From the NCBI GenBank assembly GCA_000934665.2, contig KZ538813.1, positions 1 through 46,542 of the forward strand: 46,542 bases of DNA, in the 5' to 3' direction. Shown piece by piece: positions 10,156 through 20,700 of this stretch; positions within the stretch are counted from its first letter, which is position 1, and each line of letters opens with the position of its first letter. A program made the position numbers and the translations under genes. The notes under the pieces were generated by a model. The model made no database searches. It had not been told where the DNA came from and worked only from the letters and a program-made list of their open reading frames with translations. The stretch comes from Catajapyx aquilonaris. Its lineage: Eukaryota.

Positions 10156-11713
10156 CTAGCAGCAGCTGGATTTTGCCGGTTCGGCTTCAATCAGTCCGAA
10201 ATCGTAGCTTGTCGTAGCCTGCTGCGAGAACCCGACTTTTATTCCATCCCAGCCATCCTCGACCCTGTATTCTCCTGACAAGACCCTGTCATACACATCC
10301 TGAGTCAGCGCCCTGAAGGCCTCCTCCACGTTACGACCAGACCTGGCGGACGTCTCCACCCACTGCATCCCATGCTGGTTGGCCATCTCCCGCGCCTCAT
10401 CAGCCGACACCTCCCTCATGCTTGAGAGAGAGGTATCCAAATCAGTCTTGCAGCCGACAAGCACAAACGCAGGCCGATGTGGCTCCATATGCCGTCTGGC
10501 TTCCATCATCCAGGTCGGTATGTGCTGGAAGGACTGGCGGTTGCACACATCGTACACCAAGAGCGCACCCACCGAGTTGCGGTAATACGACTTCGTAATG
10601 GAGCGGAAGCGTTCCTGACCAGCCGTGTCCCATAGCTGCAGCTTTATCCGGGTTCCATCCTTGACTTCAATCAGACGAGCGAAGAAGTCCACACCAACAG
10701 TCGGATCTGACACCTGGAATATGTCACAATTAGTACATACGCCATGGAAAGACATCACTTCTTATCATAATCGCTCATAGTAACAAATTGCACCTTTCCC
10801 TTAATTAAGCCTTGTTTGCATGTGAGCGATTTGATCAGCGATGCATCAAATTGTTTGGGGCGAAAGTAACAATCATGGTAACAATAGATTTTCGCCCCAA
10901 TTGGATTCATCTCTGATCAAATCGCTCACATGTAAATGCGGCTTTACAGACATGCTGATCTAACCATGATTACAACGACAGTTTCAAAGAGGAGTCGTGT
11001 AATCATTGAGGTTACAAGCGTGCTATTCATTGCGATCTTTCCGACAATGTTTTTTAGAGGCGCAACAATAAGTTAAAAACTGGTACAATAAAGTAAGTAC
11101 AGCTGTACAGTAAGTACGCCACAAAATATTACAATATTGCAGCAGGAAAACAGTACAAACAAAGTTTCCTGACACGCCTAATCAGCATTGCTGAAAACTG
11201 CAAATATTAGCACAAGTATCTATCATGTGCTTACTGGCATAAAAGTCCGACACGCAATCTTGATAGCAAATTTCATCAGAATTCGTCACAATTGAAATCC
11301 TGTATGTGAGACTAGAGAGAGTAAATTGCGGTTGGCGAATTAAACCCTTGGCAATTCCTACTTTCCATCATCGTTTCCTTTTACATTTCAATTGCAACAC
11401 TACGTACTACATCGCTCAAAAAAATGGGAGACGATTCTACATTGGAATCTTTTTGAGTGATATCGTACAAATGGTACAGAGCAAAATCTCATCCTGCGGC
11501 AAGCCTCATGTGCTACGACGACTCGCTTGGACTGGTTAAGCGCCTGCTTGCGGCACAGTGCGACGGATGCGATGCATGTACGACCACCGCTGTTGAGATG
11601 CTCACCTCTGCGAACTTCCCATCGGTGAAGTACTTGAGAAGCGAGCTCTTCCCAACGGTGCTGTCTCCGATGAGGATGAGCCTGAACTGGTAGTCGAATA
11701 TGGGCTCCACCAT
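10156..11713 (-). CDS. Rab39: Ras-related protein Rab39, 221 aa; exons 11713-11606 and 10713-10156
   Basis: MVEPIFDYQFRLILIGDSTVGKSSLLKYFTDGKFAE|VSDPTVGVDFFARLIEVKDGTRIKLQLWDTAGQERFRSITKSYYRNSVG... contains the P-loop, DTAGQ, the Rab39-type GCKxD, ETSAR and a C-terminal CC prenylation motif. The phase-0 intron is gtgagc...ccag. Confidence 0.96.
10808..10943. mobile_element. Tourist/PIF-Harbinger-like MITE, copy B, in Rab39 intron 1
   Basis: TIRs agccttgtttgcatgtgagcgatttgatcag / ctgatcaaatcgctcacatgtaaatgcggct, flanked by TTA on both sides (10805-10807, 10944-10946), plus an inner inverted repeat ttggggcgaaa / tttcgccccaa. Confidence 0.82.
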
Positions 11714-11968
11714 CTCTCTCTCTGCATGTGTACTTACCGCACTACCATTACTCCCAACCAAATGAGGGTGGCATGAGGGTGAGGGGCGTGTGTGTCTGTG
11801 TGTATATGCGCGTCTGTTTGTTTGTTTGTCTGTCTTCAGATCAGAGCACCAGGAGGCGAATAAGAAGGGAGGAGGAGGAGGAGGAGACCTTCAGAGTGAT
11901 CAGCTGATGCGCGTGACTCCTTTTCCGCCTTCATTTACACCAGGAAACGACCAGGGTTTGGCTGGGCG

Positions 11969-11980
11969 GGCGCCATCTTG
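11969..11980 (-). promoter_or_regulatory. YY1-type motif in the probable Rab39 promoter
   Basis: ggcgccatcttg (CAAGATGGCGCC on -) next to gggcggg, about 260 nt upstream of the Rab39 ATG. Confidence 0.45.
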
Positions 11981-12117
11981 GGGCACGATCACAACCGGGG
12001 GGTTTGAATTGGGAAGCAGAACTAGACGCGGCTGGAAACGCAGGCATATTGGTTCGTCATTTTCAAGTCGGAGATGGTTGGATTCGTGCTAGGAAGGTTG
12101 TCTCGACCGAGCTATGG

Positions 12118-12885
12118 AACGCGCTGAAACGCGATCCAGACGTGGTCCAAACGCGGTTGAGACACGTTCCATAGCGTCGTACTCGTTCACTCTTATTCGC
12201 GGTCCAGAAGCAGTCGAGACGTGGTCCAAACGCGGTTGAGACACGCTCCATAACGTGTACTCCCTCACTCTTAGTCGCGGTCGAGACGCGGTCCAAACGC
12301 GGTTGAGACACGCTCCATAACGCACTCGTTCACTCTTAGTCGCGGTCGAGACGTGGTCCAAAAGCTGTTGAGACACGCTCTATAACGTAATCGTTCACTA
12401 GTCGCGGTCGAGACGTGGTCCAAACGCAGTCGAGACGTGATCCAGACGTGGCTTTACAGGCGGTCCAAGACGTACTCGTACACTCTGAGACGCGATCGAG
12501 ACGTGGTCCAAACACGGTTGAGACGCGCTCCATAACGTATTCGTTCGCTCTTAGTCGAGGTCGAGATGCGGTCCAGACGCAATCGAGACGTGGTGCAAAT
12601 GCAGTTGAGACGTATGGCTTAGACGCGGTCCAAAATGTACTCGTTCACTCTTATTCGCGGTCCAGACGCAGTCGAGACGTGGTCCAAACGCGGTTGAGAC
12701 ACGCTCCATAACGCGTACTCGTTCGCTCTTAGTCGCGGTCGAGATGCGGTCGAGACGCACCGAGACGTGGTCCAAGCGCGGTTGAGACGCGCTCAATAAC
12801 GTAGTACTCGTTCATCACTCTTAGTCGCGGTCGAAACGCGATCGAGATGTGGCTCAAACGCGGTTGAGACGCTGCTTAGATTGTG
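12118..12885. repeat. Hierarchical tandem array: 11-bp subunits grouped into ~65-90 bp higher-order units
   Basis: Subunits GAGACGYGGTC / CAAACGCGGTT / GAGACRCGCTC followed by CATAACG..TACTCGTTCACTC and TTAGTCGCGGTC. There are roughly 9-10 higher-order units with variable subunit counts. Confidence 0.95.
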
Positions 12886-12903
12886 GTGCCCGGGCATGCC
12901 TCG

Positions 12904-13655
12904 GGGCCAAGGGTGTGCGTGGGGTTGGGGATGCTTGCGAGAGTAGGGATAGCCTGGAGGTTATACGACAAGTGTGACGTCTCAGCAGGTTTTGGCGCCA
13001 AAAATGGAGGGGGAGGAAATGTGGACCCCGTGCAAGGCTAGAGTATATGCAAGATGGCGCCGATCATCACAGTACAATAAGATGGCCGACTTTTGGCGCG
13101 CCAGATGACGATTGGGTAGGTCCAGCCAATCAGCGCCCCCCATCTGGAAGGGGTAGAATCTTCTCGATCTTTCCTTTTCTTTCTCGCTCTTTTTGTTGCT
13201 GGGTCTGGAGTGGATCCGACTCACCTCAGGGACGCTCTTCGTGTAGGCCAGTGCCAGTGACCCTCGCTCAGGGGGGGATCATTGACCCCGGGCCGCCCTT
13301 GGCCAACTCTTCACCGGGAAGCCAGTGCCACGAGGTCGACTGGTGACCACCACCGAGGGCCAACCATGGGTAAGTATCACTGCCATTTTATTCGCAGCCA
13401 AGCCGTGAGTTTAGGGTGCATGGGGGCTGGTTGGATGTGTCGTCGGGGTTGGTGTGACAGCCAGGTTAGGGCCAAGGGTGTGCTTGGGGGTTGGTTGCGA
13501 GAGTAGGGATTGTCAGGAGGCTATACGACAAGCGTGACGTCATAGAATGTTGGCGCCAAAAACTAGGGGGGGAAGGGTATGATCCATGTCGCGAGAGTAG
13601 GCTAGAGTAGACAAGATGGCGCCGATCTGCACAAGATGGCGGACATTTGGCGGGC
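12904..13655 (+). repeat. Diverged ~190-bp direct duplication, copies 565 bp apart (12904-~13100, 13469-~13655)
   Basis: Both copies read gggccaagggtgtgc...ttgcgagagtagggat...ggagg.tatacgacaag.gtgacgtc...ttggcgccaaaaa...ggctagagta...caagatggcgccgatc...aagatggc.gac.tttggcg. Confidence 0.9.
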
Positions 13656-13817
13656 TTTTACAGTCCAAAATGAGGTGGGAGGTGAGCAGTAGTGGCATAG
13701 TTGGAATATGTGCAGGGCAATGATGATAATTATAGTCGTGCAATATTTTTTTCTCCGGGTCATCCACGTCGGCGCGGAGTCAAGCGATTGCAAGATGGCG
13801 GCCGAGATGTAGAGGTG

Positions 13818-13861
13818 NNNNNNNNNNNNNNNNNNNNNNNNNNNNNNNNNNNNNNNNNNNN
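13818..13861. other. Assembly gap (44 N)
   Basis: Run of N followed by a G tract. Confidence 0.99.
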
Positions 13862-16169
13862 GGGGGGGCACTTCTCTGTGTCTTAGATGTTATTGTAAGG
13901 TGGATAGTCGTAATGAGGCCTAGGCATTGAGCATTGCAGGCGCCGGTGCATCTGATATGGGAATATTTGAGCTGACAGCCATGTTTTGCGGGTGTCGCAG
14001 CCGCGCTGCTGCTTATCCGGGCTCCAAAATGGGGATCCGGATAGTCCAAACCGTATCGAGCCAAGTAACCAGCCAATGGCGCAAAGGGTCCTGCGTATGG
14101 TGGGGGAGATTGGTCGTCGGGAGATGTCGGCGCGGTTGTTTTTTGGCGCAATCAATGGCCCAATGAGATCTGGCGCGAGGCAATGGCAGTCGGTGGTGAG
14201 TCCGAGTATAGTAAAATGGCGGATATGGAAAGTGCGGGTGTGGGTGTTTGTAATAGAAGAGTGGAGGAATCAGGGCCCAGGACCGAAGGGTTTTGTGACA
14301 AGCTGGACCGGAACTTGGCAGATCTTGGCAAATGGTAAGTCAACCCTTCACTACTGACATAACGGGGAAAAACCCGGGCCCGGTCAAGTTACGTTTTTTC
14401 CCGCCCGAAACTGTAACCGCACCGGTCACGTTGTTTCTGGAACTATTCTTAACGGGCCGTTAAGTCCTAACCGGAGCAAACCGGTTACTCCAACCGAAGT
14501 TTAAACGTGTGACATGACATGGCATGTGTTTCATATAGTTTAGTGTTAAGCATACAATCGGCATGGAGACAAACATTGATTAAAACTGCAAGCTCTTAAC
14601 TGGCAGTTAAAAGTTTGGAGAAACAGCAACTTTTAACCGGCCGTAAGCTAACTGCCAGGGTTTAGACCTAATTTATCTCAGAAAACCGGTCGTTCATGAT
14701 GGTACGCAGCATCCCCCGTTTTTAAAGAGGAGAGGTCAGTCCCCTGGTTAAAGTTGGCCCGGATAAAAACGTGTGCGGTCAATTATCGGCCTCGCCCAAT
14801 GTTGACCGTTTGGTCCCGATCGGCATCGTACATAACGAAAGGGAAAAGCTCAATATGTGACATAATCCTCCAAGCATGGATTTAACCCAACTTCCGAGGG
14901 AAGGTTTTGAAATTTACATAAAATTAATCCCAAGCAAAGGCCTTCAGAGTTTGTTTGAGTCTGAAACTTTGTAACAACAAGTTTACAATGGCGGTTCATC
15001 TTGGGCCCCGGTTTTGTTGACACTGCGACGACAGTGTAGCCGGACCGATACAGAGAGATAGCGATCACTTATTCAGGAGTGTTTGCAGGTAATTTATGTG
15101 GAGTCATACGCTTCCAGCTGGAAGTTTAGCATTTAACCGGCCGTTAAGAGCATGTTTGGACAATTAATTTATTTTTTGGCTCTTAGATATGTCTTTGTAC
15201 ATTTTAATGAAGATTGGTACTATTAACTCAGGTTTATACTTTTAACTGAGGTTTAAGCTACAGGTTAGCTCAAGGTCATCCCTCTGGCGTTATCTCATCC
15301 GATACGTCTACAGTCCTTTGCTGCTAAGCGACAGCGTATTATTTCTGTGCCGTATACCCCTCGAGGCTTTTTGCGCAGTTTTTGCTTCCAACTGATTTAC
15401 ACTCGAGATCTCCCAACTTTTGCGACACTCTGATTGTCCCCCTTCAGGGCTAGGTGCCTCAAATTACGTTTCAGAACTTTTTTTAAAGTCTCCGCACGTA
15501 ATTTCCAATGAAGATTAACCACACCTCAGCATAAGTGCTGATCGGATTCAAATGACGGGGTAATTTTAAAAATGGAGAGAGAAAATATGTACGGAGCTTT
15601 TTTTTGTTTTGTTTAAAAAAAAAACTGGTTGTGTTGTTTGGAGATAGGTGACGTCAATGAGCGGTTGGGTTTATCCGGTGTGAAATCCGCGGTTTATCTT
15701 CCGCCCGCGACCGGTCCCAAACAACACAAAAAGTGAAATATCTCTCTGGCCCTTTTGTGTAATTGCGGTGTCGAAAATCGGACCTGGATAACGCAGATAA
15801 ATCATTTTGGGACTGGAAATAGTGGAAGGGGGGGAGGGGGGGGGGGTGGAGGTGTCGAATGGTCCGATAATGGTGGACCACACAATAACATAAGATTAGG
15901 CATCTGTGGGGGACACATTATTGTCACTAGGTCGCGTCACTCTCGGACGTCACTGCGTCAAAAAAAATATTAATAATGTTCAAATTAGCGATTTTTAAAT
16001 AATTTTTATCTAAAAAGCTGCTTATTCTGGTGATACGATTTATTATTTTGAACTAATATAGGATGATATAGGCTTTCAAAGTATTTATTTAAAAAAAATT
16101 TGATCAAGATTTAAAATCTAAAATTTAAATGACGTGATCACACGATATAATTGTGTCCAAAATGCATAA

Positions 16170-16357
16170 AATTCAACTTCATACCAGCAGGTAATTTTTT
16201 TAATAACAACGAGCAGTAACTGGTCGAAGTAACTGCTTAAAAATTAAAATTAATTAAATGTCCGGAATGAGTTATATTCAATAATTCAACTTCATTAGAG
16301 CAGGGAATATTTTTATAACAACGAACAGTAACTGGTCAAAGTAACTGCTTAAAAATT
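16170..16357 (+). repeat. Tandem duplication with ~113 bp period
   Basis: aattcaacttcat...agcagg.aat...ataacaacga.cagtaactggtc.aagtaactgcttaaaaatt at 16170-16245 and 16283-16357. Confidence 0.9.
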
Positions 16358-17635
16358 GACGAAAATTTCAGCTTCATTTATAATAATACATTATTTTTAT
16401 AGTTATAATTTGTGTAATAGCACATACAAGTACTGTACAGTATTCAGCCTCCGTACAGTACTGATGTTATTACATGCAATATTATTAAATAAATATTTTA
16501 ACCAAATCACCACACCAGCAATCTCTGCCTCTTTTTACAACCTTGCACTATGTTGAGCTTCATTGTAAATAAATTTTTGCGCTGTTTTAGCACAACGCGA
16601 TTGGAGCGATAGGCACAAAATAATGCTAAGCTGGGCCTGTTAGTGCGCAGTACTTAACCGGAGAGTTATTAGTCAATTTTATTGCACAGGCCCTGGGTGT
16701 ATATATGAGCCGATGTTATGCTGTGACGCAGCAGATGTTACGGCGGTGTATTTTGCGTGCATAAATATGCTCCACCCCCCACCTCTCCATTTTATATTAT
16801 TAAACCTATTAGAGAGGCGTATTCGGGTGCCGTCACCAGCTTGCCCGGCTGTAAATTTTAATGATCTGTCCATAAAAATAAGACATGGGAGCAAATGCAT
16901 TAAGTTTTTAAAACATTGTCGATTATTTTTTTTGTGCGAATTTTTGTTTGTCAATCCTGCCATACTACCCTCAGGTAAATAGCGTGCATTAGACCGCAGA
17001 AAAAACGGTGCACTTTTTTTGATAGACGCTAAATGGCAATGAACTATCGGCCTTTTTTCCGTGCCAAAACTATAAAAATGCATGTTCCCCCCCCCCCCCA
17101 CGCCCCCTTGCACTTTTTCGAAACTCGGTTGATCGATGAAACAAGTCAATTTCCATCCTTTTACCTTCCTTGCCCCCCCAATGCGCCCCCTCCCCTCTCT
17201 CTCACCCAATTTTATGATACTATTTTAAAAGGGCCCCCTATTTTGTAGTAATATCGTTCCCATGTCAAGTGAATCGAGTTATTTTACGATAACGTAAAGC
17301 AAAGATGCAGTGAAATATCGCCATCGATCTGGCGAAATGACATTTGAGCGATCATAAAGCATCCGGGAAGCCTCCTCTTTTATACCTATACACCTTTTTG
17401 CCACAGTAGAGATGGAACAATATTACAGAATGGAATTTTGCTTTTAAAAAAAATGCCCCCCAAAAATTGCAAACAAAAAAATTTGTTCAGGCATCACTAT
17501 ATACACTGAAACAAGATTGGCAAATCATATGAGCGTGATTCGAGTATACGTTTTCTCCTATTCAAATTGAACAATGACATAGAATGTTGTCAGCTGTCTC
17601 ATATCTTGTAAGTTGGCGGATAGAGTGAACACGGG

Positions 17636-17765
17636 AAACCGGAAGTTGACCATGAAACCTATTAAGGAACCGGTGAATCCGAATCCGAAAACCGTTTGTC
17701 GCTATCTCTTGCGGTTTAGGCCCTGATACCTGTCCACAGACAGACGGACAGACCCGTTTTATAAG
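17636..17765 (+). mobile_element. DINE-1/Helentron-associated-like repeat fragment
   Basis: aaaccggaag...gaatccgaatccgaaaaccgtttgtcgctatctc...cagacagacggacagac. The GACA/GACG microsatellite layout resembles arthropod DINE-1-type elements (pattern recall, not a search result). Confidence 0.5.
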
Positions 17766-20700
17766 ACATTTTTTCGATGAGAAAGTCTGAAAGGAATCAC
17801 TGTAGCTTGATCAATATTTTATAGTCATTTTGCGACCAAGTGAAGAGAGGCTTATGTTGAAGGCAGATAAGAATTAAGTCGACTGAATATATCATTTTGG
17901 GAGAAAGAATAGGGTGTCACTAGTGCAGGAGATTTTTTAGTAATATCGATGAGATCGGATAAAGTTGCTGCCCCCTTTTCTCATACACTCTCATAAGTGA
18001 CGAATGGCACTATTTCAACGGGGGAGGTTTCTTTGCGGGGGCAGACTTTCTACAGATGTCTATGATGATTAATTGCGTGTTGGGCATGAGGGTTTTTTTT
18101 AGAGGGATAAAGAGAGAAGGCTTCTCGGTTGGGGGGGTTATTTTTTAAAGTGGGCTAGACAGCACTTTAAAACACTCGTTTTTTATGCCTTTGTGGATCA
18201 ATCACGTCGGATCTGCTGGGTTTGCATAATGACGTGCTTGCAATATACACTGTACGTGGTGGGTATGAAGTTGCACGTTCATGTATGCACAGTATAGCTT
18301 ACTCTAATATTTAACAACTGTTAGTAACAATTTCTATAACTAATAGTGGATTAAAAGAATGCCTCAAGTTGCAAATCGGCAAACACTATATTTAGTAAAC
18401 AATAAATTAGCGCTACTGTTCGTCAATAACTTTTTTGGCAAAGAGACTAAAGGCGAATTAATAATTGACGCGTCTAATTCGCCGAATTGCGTTTCCGTTT
18501 GAGAGTGATTTTGCCTGATTGCCTTTTCTCCGAGTTTATTCCGGATGGTCGCAAATTGGTGACTTTAATTAGTTGGCGAAGTTAGGGATTGTGTACTCCG
18601 GTTTAAATGATATTTTTTTTACCAACAATGGCACCTCCTATATCTTAGAAGAGCTTGCATTTGGTGTACATACTCTATTGAAGGCATTGTTCAAATTGCA
18701 GTGACCTACTTTGCTATTACAGGTACAAACGCTAGGACCCCAACCAGCATTAAATGGTTTGAACAATTACCATAGTGTAACTAATGCAGACTTCGGAGCT
18801 CCCCTTTGTTGCATTAACTATTAAGAGGTGACTGTAAGACCATGTTCTGGGTTCTATACATCGCCCACACCTAGTTAAGATCTATTTATAGAACGCTTTT
18901 GTGCTTACATCGAGAGATGATTAGTCGGTAAGGAGGCACATAATTAATTTAATTAATTCTTTGCTCATTTTAATTTTTGCAATTCATTATTTAGATATTC
19001 TTAACTTATGCATCATTTCATGCTTTACATGCTTCAACTATTTTAATTATTATGAAATTAATATTTTCCATTTCTTGTTCTAGCTCCCACCCAAATGGAA
19101 TCTTGTTTTCTCATAAAAATGCGTTATTTTTTTTTGCACCTCCTATTTGATTTATCAGGAAATGTACAGTCTGACAAGGCGTCTGATGGTTCCGACGAAA
19201 TAAGGAATCAATGAGAGTTGAAAAGAAATGCATATACAGGGCGCCAAAAAGTCTCATTTGTCGGCAAGGAAAGGTGAAAGCTTTGAGGTTTAGGGGGCTG
19301 TGAGGTCGAAGGTTGAAATTGGCGGGTTGGTGAAAAGGCATATATTTTTTTCGATGTGTACAGGGTGAATCACTAATGATTCGTACTTGGCTTATACTTG
19401 GGACTTGACATTTCCATATGTATATATCGTCCAACATTCATGAATTGAACTGACTGTAATAATTAGGTCTGGAGGTGCAAAATTTGTTGCTTGCAATCGA
19501 TATTTTAATGCCTGTGGCTCGTTTTGCGGGCAGAATAATAGTTAGCGGAAAGTTGCGTCTGAACGCACAGCTTGAATGGGTTTCAAGCAGTAAACTGATT
19601 AATTATTACTTGCTGGAAATCTGTCAAATATTGAAATACTGCTACTGGCAATGTAAGGTTGGGAAGGTGGCCCTTTCATTTTTCTCTGACTCGTTTTGTC
19701 CTACAGCCACACTAGCAGTCATTAAAACTATGTAGTAGCCCTAAGTAATCGTTACTAACTTTTTAGCAACACTCGTTGAATATTAATGGCAGGTTATCCC
19801 ACACATGGTTTTTAAACTGCGTGTTAAGTGAGATCCTCCTAAAGTTTGGCGCAAAGCGATTAAATTCCAATATTTTCTCCCACATCTCCCTGTGTTATCC
19901 ACTGGCATACATGAGCGATAACACAATGTTGAGCGTCCTATACATAGTACATACAATCATGTTGATCCTGCTGCTGGAAAGCATGAAAAATATATTCGTC
20001 CATTGCAGGTGAGTTGAATAAATCACAATGCTGCACGAGGATCGCTTTCAAAAAAACACAATTATTATTCTACAACTATAATGGCGCATCACAACCGCAT
20101 CAGTGTTAATAATGAACGTTGCGACGATAGTGTTTTTTGACATAAAAATTAGGGCAATGTTCATTTAATCAGCTAATTTTTCCGAACACGTTTCCTCTGG
20201 TAACATTACGACTTATTCGCGGCCATCAGGCCAATAAACACTGTCGTTGACTTTGTCCAATATGGCCTGAGATGCTCGACGGCAACTCGTACGTAACACG
20301 ACCATGACAATCTGCTTAACCGTCCGATAGGTGCATGAATCCCGAAGAAAAGGTGTGGAGGAAAAGAACCTAACTGGACAGAATAGCCCTTCAAACAGCT
20401 CGCTTTTGGGAGTTTATGGACAAGGAAAAAACTGTCCGCGGAAGATTTGATAGCCCCGTCGGGACTTTATAGTATACTATAGATTGCGTGCCTGCGACCT
20501 TCCATTTCTTTGTGTTTCCCGAACCCTGCTTTAAATTAAGGGGGACTAACGATAGCTGTGGGCAATAAAAAAAACACAGGCTCCGGACGGATGTTTCGAC
20601 TTGCATGCACCCACCCATAGACTTTTTTATAGGTCTCCACTTTCATTTTTACACTCACATTAATACTTGTTTACAGCCACGATAATTTCATTCCATCATG

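Larger units (their letters stand above)
12886..14355. mobile_element. GC-rich, motif-dense inserted block; possible Polinton/Maverick terminal remnant
   Basis: Composition differs from the flanks. It has an internal duplication, many YY1/E2F/CCAAT motifs and ACTACT at 14350-14355 (AGTAGTGAAGGG... on -). No Polinton coding sequence or matching second terminus was found, and it contains an assembly gap. Confidence 0.35.

Noticed and set aside
11714..11761. N-terminal extension of Rab39, or a donor-like GTAAGT in its 5' leader
   Set aside because: The ORF-track start is a non-ATG codon, MVEPIFDYQF is the expected Rab39 start, and the nearest AG would give an intron of only ~16 nt.
12063..12796. 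Several 65-98 aa ORFs with repeated RVSTAFGPRLD-like peptides
   Set aside because: They are translation products of the tandem array in several frames and on both strands, with no splice or codon evidence of a gene.
12118..12885. CRISPR-like appearance of the repeat array
   Set aside because: The segments between repeats are variants of one sequence rather than unique spacers, there are no cas genes, and the context is a spliced eukaryotic locus.
13047..14357. ORFs in the GC-rich block as viral or transposon genes
   Set aside because: They are short, overlap on both strands, some cross the N gap, and none shows polymerase, integrase, protease or capsid motifs that I recognise.
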